A stretch of DNA of 61,011 nt, counting the filler. It is 3 parts of 3 records of this genome, joined end to end, with 100 filler letters (N's around TTAATTAATTAA, not from the genome) between each part and the next. Parts side by side here need not be neighbours in the genome. Positions count along the whole stretch, not along the records: positions 1 to 31,752 come from SRR31156797_4686; 2 more parts are not named here. One strand, 5' to 3'. Below are positions 10,043-19,487 of the stretch, piece by piece. Numbering within the stretch: position 1 is the stretch's first letter; every line of letters begins with the position of its first letter. The translations under genes were made by a program, and so were the position numbers. The notes below the pieces were generated by a model. The model was not told where the DNA came from. It ran no database searches and saw only the letters and a program-made list of their open reading frames with translations.

Positions 10043-11332
10043 CTAATGGATAATAAGTTTATTTTGGAGACGAACAACACCATTGTTAACAATCACAACA
10101 TAGGCTCCTGATGGAATTGCTGAAACATTTAAGCGGTGATTGTTGAGGCCACTCTGATAATTTAGCCTGCTTTGGAGCACTTTAGAACCAGTAAGGTTAT
10201 ATACCGTAAGTTGCGCGTTACCATTGTCTTCAGCATTGAAAAGCAAATCCACCGTATTTCCTGATGCGGGATTTGGTGAAATGGCCAACCTTCCGGATTG
10301 CTGATCAGTAATTTCAGAGATCGAGGTGTTATCTTCTATCAACTGCTTTTTAAACCCAATTTCTCCCAGGTTGCTTTCGTAGTATTCAATGACAAGTTTC
10401 CAGATACTGCTCTCTTTATCGCTGGCGAAATAAACCAGTGAATCGCTTACCACGTAGGTGGGAGGCATTCCGCCCTGTAATTCGTACCAGGTATTTCCAA
10501 TGGTGGAAATATTGAAAGAATCGAGTGCCTGAACTGTATAATCCACAAACGAAGTGTCAACTTCAGGATAGCTGGCTACCTGCACATTGAAGTTTTGAAG
10601 GATTCCTGTGATCGGGTACCATGCAACGCCGGCGTAGAAAGTGATATACTTGGTAAATACAAGGTCCCAGTCGGTGCTCATGGGTTCGCGGTCAACAAAA
10701 TCGTTGGTTTCAAAAGAGTAGCCGATGAAGTTTTTATCAGACCACTGGTTTAGTTCAACCACCTTTTCCATTTCGTTTCCACCATCAAGGTCTGCATATT
10801 TAAAAGTGCAAGCGTTATCAAGTGGGTTTTTCTCAACAATCCATACCTTTTTAAACTTATTATCAGGTGTTTGCAGGATAAACAGTGAGTCTCCTGTAAT
10901 GTGATGGGTTATCATATTATAAACGCCCCAACCAAAATCCAATTCATCACCTGTGGAATTCAGGTTAAATGCGCCATTTTCCCAGTCAGTGTCGTCGTTA
11001 TACATTTCGGGCCAGGTGCTCAGTCCTGTTGTATCTATGTCGTCCCACCCTGAGATGTCAGCATTTGGATAGGTAAAAAGTTTAACACCGTTGGCACCAT
11101 TGGTACGAATGGTAACATCCATAATACGGGTGCTGAATCCAATATCCCAGTTGCTGCGGACAACCTGGGCTGTTTCGCCAGTTGAGAATGAATAATATAC
11201 ATCATGGGTCCGGCCGGGCTCCATACTTATGGTATCCCGAACTGTATTGTTATCCTGTGCAAACGAAGAGCCAATCAAGCAAAAAAGTATTGTAATGCTT
11301 AAAGTTAGTTTTAGTACTGAGTTTTTTATCAT
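10043..11332 (-). CDS. T9SS type-A CTD protein with two HmuY-like domains
   Basis: Sec signal; WDIGF..IRTNG and WDLVFTKY repeats paralleling the HmuY lipoprotein; CTD ISPNPA...VYNLTG...GAYVV...KLIIH. Confidence 0.75.
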   Translation of the reverse strand: MIKNSVLKLTLSITILFCLIGSSFAQDNNTVRDTISMEPGRTHDVYYSFSTGETAQVVRSNWDIGFSTRIMDVTIRTNGANGVKLFTYPNADISGWDDIDTTGLSTWPEMYNDDTDWENGAFNLNSTGDELDFGWGVYNMITHHITGDSLFILQTPDNKFKKVWIVEKNPLDNACTFKYADLDGGNEMEKVVELNQWSDKNFIGYSFETNDFVDREPMSTDWDLVFTKYITFYAGVAWYPITGILQNFNVQVASYPEVDTSFVDYTVQALDSFNISTIGNTWYELQGGMPPTYVVSDSLVYFASDKESSIWKLVIEYYESNLGEIGFKKQLIEDNTSISEITDQQSGRLAISPNPASGNTVDLLFNAEDNGNAQLTVYNLTGSKVLQSRLNYQSGLNNHRLNVSAIPSGAYVVIVNNGVVRLQNKLIIH

Positions 11333-11383
11333 GATTTTAAAGCTATTAATTAGTGAAATTTAATTATTATCAGGTTTGGATGG

Positions 11384-11391
11384 CAAAATTA
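11384..11391 (-). promoter_or_regulatory. Bacteroidota -7 element (TAATTTTG) for the hmu-like operon
   Basis: TAnnTTTG match about 50 nt upstream of the 11332 start. Confidence 0.5.
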
Positions 11392-11721
11392 GCAATTCTT
11401 AAACAATCAAAAAATCCACATGTTTGCTATTTATATTGATATTTATGATCCAAAACAGAAAAATGAATGACATTTGTCAACGTTAAATGAAATCATAGTT
11501 TCTGGTTCGTTGGAACAGGTTGTATTTAACCATTTGTAAGCTTTAAAATACTAGTAGCAGAAAAATAAAATTAAAGCATCCGGGTTTAAAATTGTAATGT
11601 AGTTAAGCAGAATTAATTGTGCCAACGTAAAACCATTTTGGGAAATGCACCAGGAAACCTACGGTAGAATCTTTTTGTCAGTCCCATTAATAAGTGTGGT
11701 AATAAAATAGAAGCGGAATAT

Positions 11722-12129
11722 TTGATGAAAGCTGAAGATCTCATTTCAGAAATTAATTTTAAAGCTTCCCGGAGTAGCGGCCCTGGCGGACAAAATGTTA
11801 ACAAGGTTAATACAAAGATCGAGTTGCGTTTTGATGTGATAAAATCACAGGGCCTTTCTGCAGAAGAAAAGGGGCTCATCAAAGAGAAACTGGCAAACAG
11901 GATCAGCCAGGATGGTGTCTTAACAGTAACAGTCCAGCGATCACGTTCACAACTAAAAAATAAGGAACTGGCAATCAAGAAATTCATTTTGCTTGTTACG
12001 GATGCACTCACACCCGATAAACCCAGAACTCCCACTAAGCCTCCTGCAGGGCAAAAAAAGAAACGCCTGGAAGACAAGCAAAAACTATCAGAAAAGAAAA
12101 AGCTGCGAAAACCTCCTGAAATGAATTAA
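11722..12129 (+). CDS. arfB: Alternative ribosome rescue peptidyl-tRNA hydrolase ArfB (YaeJ)
   Basis: SRSSGPGGQNVNKV, RSQLKNK, basic C-terminal tail RTPTKP...RL..K...SEKKKLRK. Confidence 0.95.
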   Translation: MMKAEDLISEINFKASRSSGPGGQNVNKVNTKIELRFDVIKSQGLSAEEKGLIKEKLANRISQDGVLTVTVQRSRSQLKNKELAIKKFILLVTDALTPDKPRTPTKPPAGQKKKRLEDKQKLSEKKKLRKPPEMN

Positions 12130-12151
12130 CTGCACGAAAACAACACACAAT

Positions 12152-12487
12152 ATGACACCAGAACAAAAACAACAGTTGCTCATAAAGCTGGAAAACGAAA
12201 AAATAAAGCTGGAAGCTAAGATCGCTGAACTGCGTGACCTTACCAAACCCATTGCGCCGGATTGTTCCATTGGCAGGGTGAGCCGGATGGATGCCATCAA
12301 CAATAAAAGTATCAATGAGGCTGCATTGCGCAAGGCTGAAGAAAAGATTAAAACCATCCGGTTTGCCCTTGATGACATTTATAAACCTGAATTTGGCAAT
12401 TGCAGGCAGTGTGGGGAAGAAATCCAGTTTGGCAGATTAATGGTGATGCCCGGAAGCAGTTTGTGTGTGCGATGCGCGAGGAGGTAG
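12152..12487 (+). CDS. TraR/DksA C4-type zinc-finger protein
   Basis: Coiled coil with GRVSRMDA tip; CRQC...RL..MP...CVRC. Confidence 0.85.
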   Translation: MTPEQKQQLLIKLENEKIKLEAKIAELRDLTKPIAPDCSIGRVSRMDAINNKSINEAALRKAEEKIKTIRFALDDIYKPEFGNCRQCGEEIQFGRLMVMPGSSLCVRCARR

Positions 12488-12536
12488 AGGAGTTATGACA
12501 TATGAATTTAAATTTGTGAATCAGAAAGGTTTTCAT

Positions 12537-12752
12537 ATGACCCCTAATGCTGAAATACTAAAATCACTTGTAACAGAAAAAATGCCCTACGGAAAATTTA
12601 AAGGGTGGATGTATTGCAATTTACCGGAACCCTACCTGGTTTGGTATCATCGCAAAGGTTTTCCGAAAGGAAAAACCGGGATGCTATTAAATACAATTTA
12701 TGAGATCAAACTCAATGGACTGGAATATTTGCTCGATCCTCTGAAGGGTTGA
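12537..12752 (+). CDS. DUF3820-family small protein
   Basis: KMPYGKFKG...LPEPYLVWY...GFPKG...YEIKLNGLE; ATG 12537 preferred over the upstream ORF-track start. Confidence 0.85.
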   Translation: MTPNAEILKSLVTEKMPYGKFKGWMYCNLPEPYLVWYHRKGFPKGKTGMLLNTIYEIKLNGLEYLLDPLKG

Positions 12753-12759
12753 TAGTAAA

Positions 12760-12998
12760 AGTTGTGAGTTATGAGTTTGACTGGTTAGAAACTGGTTCTC
12801 GCCTGTGAGTGGGCTTGCCTGAAAAAAAGATCCGGATTGTTGATCCATCGAGACAAGCATTTTCCTGACCTCATCATATCCCTCTCTTAATGATTCATAA
12901 ATCTTATCTTAGATATATTTGCAACCTTTTGAATAATCCAACAATTCACCCGCCTCCGGCGAGGCAAGCTCACTACTCATCACTCAAACCTCACAACT
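12760..12998. repeat. Large imperfect intergenic inverted repeat
   Basis: AGTTGTGAG (12760-12768) / CTCACAACT (12990-12998) and AGTGGGCTTGCCT (12808-12820) / AGGCAAGCTCACT (12962-12974) are nested reverse complements. Confidence 0.6.
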
Positions 12999-13054
12999 AC
13001 TCTTGGTAAGAAAAACTTAACATCCCTTATCACTTTGTGCTCATTGCATTAACC

Positions 13055-13062
13055 TATCTTTG
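13055..13062 (+). promoter_or_regulatory. Bacteroidota -7 element (TATCTTTG) for typA
   Basis: TAnnTTTG match with an upstream TTTG at 13034-13037. Confidence 0.55.
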
Positions 13063-13124
13063 CGCGCTATTTTCAAAATTGGGCTTTATGCCTGTTTTTC
13101 AGATAAATAATTAGAAAACAACAA

Positions 13125-14945
13125 ATGTACGACATAAGAAATATCGCAATAATTGCCCACGTTGACCACGGCAAAACAACTTTGGTCGACCGCATTTTAC
13201 ATCAGGTAAAATTGTTCAGGGACAATCAGGACATGGGTGATCTCATTCTGGATTCAAACGACCTGGAGCGGGAACGTGGAATTACCATACTTTCAAAAAA
13301 CGTAGCCGTAAGGTATAAGGACACAAAAATTAATATCATCGACACCCCGGGCCACGCTGATTTTGGTGGTGAGGTGGAACGTGTGCTGAACATGGCAGAT
13401 GGCGTTCTTCTTGTTGTGGACGCTTTCGAGGGGCCCATGCCGCAAACCCGCTTTGTTTTGCAAAAAGCAATCCAGCTGGGGCTTAAACCTATTGTGGTCA
13501 TCAATAAAGTTGACAAACCCAACTGTGCTCCCGAAGAAGTGCATGAGGCCGTTTTTGATTTGATGTTCAGCCTGGATGCCACGGAGGACCAGCTGAATTT
13601 CCCGGAAGTTTACGGATCATCAAAACAGGGATGGATGGGTCCCGACTGGCAAAACCCGACCCAGGATATCCACTACCTACTTGATATTATCCTTGAGCAT
13701 ATTCCTCCTCCAAAAGTTTTAGAAGGTACACTGCAAATGCAAATCAGCTCACTGGATTATTCCTCATACCTTGGCAGGATCGCCGTGGGGCGGATTACCC
13801 GCGGGAGCATTAAAATGGGCACACAGGTTTCGGTGGTAAAGAGAGATGGTACCATATTAAAATCCAACGTGAAAGAGCTCTATCGGTTTGAAGGCCTGGG
13901 AAAAGAAAAGGTAAAACATGAGCTCGAGGCCGGTGAGATTTGTGCAGTACTCGGTCCGGAAAATTTTGATATTGGCGACACCATTGCAGATTATGAAGCT
14001 CCTGAAGCCCTGACACCTATTGCTGTAGATGAACCCACCATGAGTATGTTGTTTACCATCAACAACTCGCCATTTTACGGTAAGGAAGGTATATATGTTA
14101 CCTCGCGCCACATTCGGGACAGGCTGTTTAAAGAGACAGAAAAAAACCTTGCATTGCGGGTGAAAGAAACCGAAACACCGGAAAAACTGCTGGTATTTGG
14201 CCGTGGTATCCTGCACCTCTCCATCCTGGTTGAAACCATGCGCCGCGAGGGTTACGAGTTTCAGGTCGGCCAACCACAGGTGCTTACACGAGAGATCGAT
14301 GGCGTAAAACATGAACCTGTTGAATCACTCACTGTTCATGTGCCTGAAGAATTTTCAGGCAAGGTTATCGAAATTGCCACCCGTCGGAAAGGGGAAATAG
14401 CCAACATTGAAACACGGAACGAGCGCACAGCACTTGAATTTACCATTCCTTCGAGGGGCTTAATCGGCATCACCAATTCTGTGCTTACAGCTACCGAAGG
14501 CGAAGCCGTGATTGCCCACAGGTTTAAAGCTTACGAACCCTGGAAAGGGGAAATTGAAAACCGAAGGAATGGATCACTTATTGCCATGGAAACCGGCACT
14601 GCCATCACCTATTCCATCGACAAACTACAGGACCGCGGTAAGTTTTTTGTTGAGCCCAACGATGAAATTTATGCTGGTCAGGTAATCGGTGAACATACCC
14701 GTCAGGGTGACCTCGTTATAAACCTGATTAAGACCAAAAAACTCACCAACGTGCGGGCTGCTGGATCCGATGACAAAGCTTCCATAGCCCCTGCAATTAA
14801 GTTTTCACTGGAAGAATCCATGGAATACATCAAGGAGGACGAATACGTTGAAGTGACCCCAAAATCAATCCGGCTACGGAAGATTGTTCTGAATGAACAC
14901 GAGCGTAAACGCATGAAAAACCGCGCTAACTCGGAGGAAAGTTAA
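13125..14945 (+). CDS. typA: Translational GTPase TypA/BipA
   Basis: IAHVDHGKTT, ERERGITI, DTPGHADF, NKVD, GRGILHL, EVTPKSIRLRK. Confidence 0.97.
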   Translation: MYDIRNIAIIAHVDHGKTTLVDRILHQVKLFRDNQDMGDLILDSNDLERERGITILSKNVAVRYKDTKINIIDTPGHADFGGEVERVLNMADGVLLVVDAFEGPMPQTRFVLQKAIQLGLKPIVVINKVDKPNCAPEEVHEAVFDLMFSLDATEDQLNFPEVYGSSKQGWMGPDWQNPTQDIHYLLDIILEHIPPPKVLEGTLQMQISSLDYSSYLGRIAVGRITRGSIKMGTQVSVVKRDGTILKSNVKELYRFEGLGKEKVKHELEAGEICAVLGPENFDIGDTIADYEAPEALTPIAVDEPTMSMLFTINNSPFYGKEGIYVTSRHIRDRLFKETEKNLALRVKETETPEKLLVFGRGILHLSILVETMRREGYEFQVGQPQVLTREIDGVKHEPVESLTVHVPEEFSGKVIEIATRRKGEIANIETRNERTALEFTIPSRGLIGITNSVLTATEGEAVIAHRFKAYEPWKGEIENRRNGSLIAMETGTAITYSIDKLQDRGKFFVEPNDEIYAGQVIGEHTRQGDLVINLIKTKKLTNVRAAGSDDKASIAPAIKFSLEESMEYIKEDEYVEVTPKSIRLRKIVLNEHERKRMKNRANSEES

Positions 14946-15214
14946 TTGGTTATTCGCTAAGCAAAGCAAAGTGCCGCTGCAGGTGGGATAATTTGTTTTT
15001 CGCTATTCGTTTAATCACAGGGGTTTTTCAGCACCGCCAAAGGTTATTAACGGTCAAACAGTTACTGTGTGTTTTTTTTAAAGAATACATGGATTTACTG
15101 GAAGATATTGATTTTTTGGAACCATAAATAACTGTCTGACAGTTTCAGAAAATTCCGCCAATCTTCCAGTTATCCTGGTTATTGGTTATTCGTTAATTGT
15201 TTGATCAATTCGAT

Positions 15215-15243
15215 AAAAAAAAAGCCTCACAACGGAGGCTTTT
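15215..15243. terminator. Bidirectional intrinsic terminator
   Basis: AAAAGCCTC-ACAACG-GAGGCTTTT hairpin flanked by A and T runs between convergent genes. Confidence 0.8.
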
Positions 15244-15265
15244 ATACATATTTTGTTTATTCCAA

Positions 15266-15685
15266 TTAGTCTTTGTATTTGATCAGCACGGCTTCAATAC
15301 TTTTCATTTCACTGTCGCTAACCTTGCTTGCACTACCTCCAAAAAATCCCTTTTTACCACCACTTCCTGCACTTCCAGTTGCCCGCGTGTAGCCGGTTGA
15401 GCGGATATTTACATCAGAAAACAAAACAGCGTCCGCACCATACCGGGCAGCCAGGTTCATCACTTTATTCTGGATGTACTTGAGCTTCTTCTGATAAGGA
15501 ACCTCAGCCATTACCTTACCCATTACTTCATAATCACGTTCGATATCCTGGTCACGCATGAATATTTCAGGGTTGGCAGTCGGAGGATAAGATTTACCCA
15601 AATAATCAAATGTTGATTTACTGCAAGCCATAAATGAAGTAATCACCATGGCGATCAGAATAAGGTATGCAAAGCTGTGTTTCAT
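15266..15685 (-). CDS. Small lipoprotein of unknown function (YbjQ/DUF4156-like pattern)
   Basis: Lipobox FMAC from ATG 15685; YEVMG...AARYGADAV pattern. Confidence 0.55.
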   Translation of the reverse strand: MKHSFAYLILIAMVITSFMACSKSTFDYLGKSYPPTANPEIFMRDQDIERDYEVMGKVMAEVPYQKKLKYIQNKVMNLAARYGADAVLFSDVNIRSTGYTRATGSAGSGGKKGFFGGSASKVSDSEMKSIEAVLIKYKD

Positions 15686-15704
15686 GTTCGGAGTTTTGAT
15701 TGAT

Positions 15705-18494
15705 TTATTCAACTACAAACTTAATACTTTCGGAGTTCAACCCAATCCTTAACATGGCAAAATACAATCCCGGTTTGAGATTTCCTGCTGCGTTCCAGTT
15801 TACCTGATGCTGTCCAGCGCCCAGCTCACCCTTATCTATTTCGGAGACTTTTTTACCGGTCAGGTCATAGATGTCGATGATGACTTCCGAGGTATTGCTC
15901 AGCTCAAAATCGAAATACATATTTCCTTTGGTGGGGTTTGGAGACACACTGAACGTTGATTCTACCAGGCTTTGTGGAATTTCTTCAACAGAAGTATTGA
16001 GCCATTCCGGTTTCTCGATGTACTCAGTGGTGTAAATCCTGTATTCACCACGCTCAAGGTTAACCAGTTGATTTGTGCTGGTAACATCCATTTGTGTTTG
16101 TGTAAAAAACTCGTACCAGGTACCTGTGTTTGGCCAATCAGGCTGATGGTCATAATTAACCACCCCAAAATTCCCCACAACCACAACGTTCATATCCGAA
16201 TCACGCAGGGTGATTGATTTAGTAGCATTGTGCACATCAAGGGTGAAATCATCGGTGCTGAAAACTTCATATTCCTTTTTAAGCTGAATCAGTGCCGCAT
16301 ACACATTGAACAGGTATTCCCTCCTCCAGTCGTCCAGGTAATCCCAACGGATGGGTTTTGGGCCTGTCCGGCCGTTATACTCGATGGTGTAATCATAGCC
16401 CAATTCCCCAAATTGCCAAACCATTTTTGGGCCGGGAATCGTGAAAAAGAATGAAGCTGCCAAACCAAGCCTTTCAAGGCCAATGGTGGTATCCTGAATA
16501 TTGTACCCGCCTTCGCTACGGCCATAGGTTATATTTTTAAATTGGAGTCGCTCTTCGTCATGACTTTCCATATACCCAACCACATGCGGGTCATCCCAGC
16601 CACGCTGTTGATAGGAAATCCACGAAAAATCTGATTTCCCATCTTCAGTCCAGCCCATGGTACCTTCGTTGTAGTTATGGTTTGAGTTACCCCAAATCAT
16701 CATTCCATTATTTGATAATACCTTTTCTTCGGAGTTATCAGCAAAATGTTCAAGAATTATGTATGCATCCGGATTAACATCCCAGATGGCCTGTGAATAG
16801 TCGTTCCAGATATCAATCCTTGTCTGATCATATTGACCCCACTGGCCGGTATTACCCAAAGTATTCTTTTGGGTAAACCCTTTTGACAGGTCAAACCGGA
16901 AACCATCCACCCTGAATTCTGTTAACCAGAATTCATTAACACGTTTTGTGAATTCACGGGTTTGCGGGCTTTCGTGGTTAAAATCAAAACCTACATTAAA
17001 ATCATGCTTTGCTATTTGATTATACCAGGGGTTATTCTCGGCAGGCCGGTTGTTGTCGTAATCCCAATAAAGCATCACCATGGGAGAGGTTCCGAATGAA
17101 TGGTTGAGCACCATATCAATTACCACTGCAATTTCATTGGCATGACATACGTCGATAAATTCCTTGAGCTTGTTTTTATGGCCGTAATATTTATCTACAG
17201 CAAAATAGTAGTTTGGATTGTAACCCCAGGATATATTGCCTTCAAATTCATTTACAGGCATCAATTCGATAACATTTACGCCCAATCGCTGGAAATAACC
17301 CATTGTATCGATGAGACTTTGAAAGGTATGTTGATCGGTGAAATCACGAACCAAGAGTTCATAAACAACCATATCCTCAACTACCGGTGGCTCAAAGTTT
17401 TCCACCTGCCATTCATAGTCCTCCTGTGCGGTTTGCAGAACAGTAGCAATACCTTCTGCCTGACCTTCGGGATAATCCAGCATACCGGGATAGGTATCCT
17501 CGTCAATATATTGATCATTCCACGGATCGCTCACTTTTTCAGCATACGGATCACCAATCTGCAGCCAACCATCAACCAGATACTGAAAAATATATTCCTG
17601 TCCTTCAACCAGGTTGTCGATCTGAATCCAATACCTGTCGCCATCGCTGGTGTTTTTCATATACTGAGCTTCTGTGGCTTCCCAGTTGTTAAAATCACCA
17701 ATTACAAATACGAAATCTTTTTCAGGGGCATAAAGCGATAGGATGGCCGAGTTGTTGTCAATATAATTAATTCCATCCACAACTCCAGCAGGGAGATCCT
17801 CAACAGTTGGTTCAGGAAAAACTGTCAACGTACCTTCATCCAAAATTGTGTCAGTTGCATTCACTGCCATTAATACCACAGGAACCGGATTCCAGTATCC
17901 ATATTCACCAGAAACCTCAGTTTCGTAAAAAAGCTCAACCTCATCTGTACTTTGGATCAATTCATCATTAATAAAGAGAAACATCGAATCAGCCTGGGGG
18001 CTAACTGCATGCAATCGATAAGTATCCCCCTCAAGCACATTAGCATCACCTTCGCCCCAATAATAAATCACCTGTAGTTCATTACCAAAAATGGGGATAA
18101 AAAGATCAGCTGATTGGGTACCTGCGTCAGCACTGCGAAACACAAAAGAAAGGTTGACCACATCGAGGCCGGAGGGCATGGAATAAAATTCATAAAGAGA
18201 GGGGGAAATAAGTAATTCCCATTGATCATTGCCAAGGTTTGTAAGTTCGGGTTGTGTATCGTTGTTACCCCAACCGCCAATCACATAATTCCAGTTGTCA
18301 TCCCCTGGCAGGCCAACTCCGGTATGCGTGTACATCTGGCCATTGTAACCCTCAAGGGGAGTATCTGTGGCATCGAATACCACCGTTATTTCATCGTTGG
18401 CTGTTGGGTATAGTGGTGAAGTGCTTATGTTTTGGGATATTGCTACCAAACTCAGGAGCACTGAAAACATAAAAGTAAAAGTTGTAAGCTTCAT
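15705..18494 (-). CDS. T9SS-secreted GH13 alpha-amylase-family glycoside hydrolase with CBM48-like domain
   Basis: YELLVRDF, IELMPVNEF, WGYNP, DMVLNH, catalytic GFRFDLSKGF / ILEHF / SHDE; CTD VSPNPT...IYDLTG...GLYF. Confidence 0.92.
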   Translation of the reverse strand: MKLTTFTFMFSVLLSLVAISQNISTSPLYPTANDEITVVFDATDTPLEGYNGQMYTHTGVGLPGDDNWNYVIGGWGNNDTQPELTNLGNDQWELLISPSLYEFYSMPSGLDVVNLSFVFRSADAGTQSADLFIPIFGNELQVIYYWGEGDANVLEGDTYRLHAVSPQADSMFLFINDELIQSTDEVELFYETEVSGEYGYWNPVPVVLMAVNATDTILDEGTLTVFPEPTVEDLPAGVVDGINYIDNNSAILSLYAPEKDFVFVIGDFNNWEATEAQYMKNTSDGDRYWIQIDNLVEGQEYIFQYLVDGWLQIGDPYAEKVSDPWNDQYIDEDTYPGMLDYPEGQAEGIATVLQTAQEDYEWQVENFEPPVVEDMVVYELLVRDFTDQHTFQSLIDTMGYFQRLGVNVIELMPVNEFEGNISWGYNPNYYFAVDKYYGHKNKLKEFIDVCHANEIAVVIDMVLNHSFGTSPMVMLYWDYDNNRPAENNPWYNQIAKHDFNVGFDFNHESPQTREFTKRVNEFWLTEFRVDGFRFDLSKGFTQKNTLGNTGQWGQYDQTRIDIWNDYSQAIWDVNPDAYIILEHFADNSEEKVLSNNGMMIWGNSNHNYNEGTMGWTEDGKSDFSWISYQQRGWDDPHVVGYMESHDEERLQFKNITYGRSEGGYNIQDTTIGLERLGLAASFFFTIPGPKMVWQFGELGYDYTIEYNGRTGPKPIRWDYLDDWRREYLFNVYAALIQLKKEYEVFSTDDFTLDVHNATKSITLRDSDMNVVVVGNFGVVNYDHQPDWPNTGTWYEFFTQTQMDVTSTNQLVNLERGEYRIYTTEYIEKPEWLNTSVEEIPQSLVESTFSVSPNPTKGNMYFDFELSNTSEVIIDIYDLTGKKVSEIDKGELGAGQHQVNWNAAGNLKPGLYFAMLRIGLNSESIKFVVE

Positions 18495-18651
18495 AATTCA
18501 AAATTTTAAACTACTTGTGTAGATGTTATTTTGCACAAAAATATCTCTAACAATACGTTTAAAAAATAATGATTATTGGATTTATAAAAAGAATGATAAT
18601 TACCCGCTAATTACCAGCGTGTTACATTTCAAGAATCAAAGCCTGATAAGA

Positions 18652-19368
18652 CTAAGCCCTTGATTTTAAACTGGCAATGGAAAGAATAATGCCCAGAACG
18701 ATGCCCAATAAAGCCGCGAAAAGTATCCTGTATTCCGAAGGAAGTAAAAAGGTGATGGTGTGTGCCGGATACCAAAAAAGGGGGATGGTTTTTTTAAACA
18801 CAAAATTCCACTGTACGTCCCAGTTCATGGTATTGAAAATTTGCCGGAAACGTATCGGACGAAAAAAGCCTTTTAAAGTACCTCCATTTTCCAGAATGTG
18901 GGTATCGGTGATCTTATGTAAGGTCATAAAAACAGGCGCAAAAAAGGTGTTCATCGTAACACTTACCGTGAAGGCTGTGAGTAACTGAAGCCCTGACCGA
19001 GTTTCTAAAAAATCCTGTTTTAGAATATCGGAAGGATTGGTTGTTGGAAACTGAAAACCAAGTATCGCCAGCACATTGGGGGCACCGCTCGCAAAGATGA
19101 TAAAAGCAATCTTAATACCTACGCCAAGAAATCCCCAAACAATTGCCCGGGGTAAAATACCAAATCCGGGTTCATAATATTTTCCCTTCCTGATGCGTAA
19201 ACCAATCACCTCACCTAATGTGGAAAGTATGGCAAACTTGATAAAACTGATTAAAAAAGGGAAATTTTGATTGAAGTTCTTATAAAACTGGTACACCGGC
19301 TCAAAAACAAAAAACGGCAGAAAAAAAAGTATGATACCAATGGCAAATACAACATCCTGTTTTTTCAT
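18652..19368 (-). CDS. Mpv17/PMP22-family membrane protein
   Basis: KFAILSTLGE, MNTFFAPVFMTLHKITD, FWYPAHTITFLLP; multiple TM segments. Confidence 0.75.
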   Translation of the reverse strand: MKKQDVVFAIGIILFFLPFFVFEPVYQFYKNFNQNFPFLISFIKFAILSTLGEVIGLRIRKGKYYEPGFGILPRAIVWGFLGVGIKIAFIIFASGAPNVLAILGFQFPTTNPSDILKQDFLETRSGLQLLTAFTVSVTMNTFFAPVFMTLHKITDTHILENGGTLKGFFRPIRFRQIFNTMNWDVQWNFVFKKTIPLFWYPAHTITFLLPSEYRILFAALLGIVLGIILSIASLKSRA

Positions 19369-19487
19369 AAATCAAAATTTGGGCTGCAAACATAATTCTA
19401 AATTGTAACTGAATTGTGATTTTTTCATTTTGCTTAAAATCAATTCCTGTTCTTGTCGTTAAACCCTTCATAACATTTTTGGCATTT

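Noticed and set aside
11392-11460. Fur box at the hmu-like promoter
   Set aside because: AT-rich, but no convincing 19-bp dyad could be identified by eye
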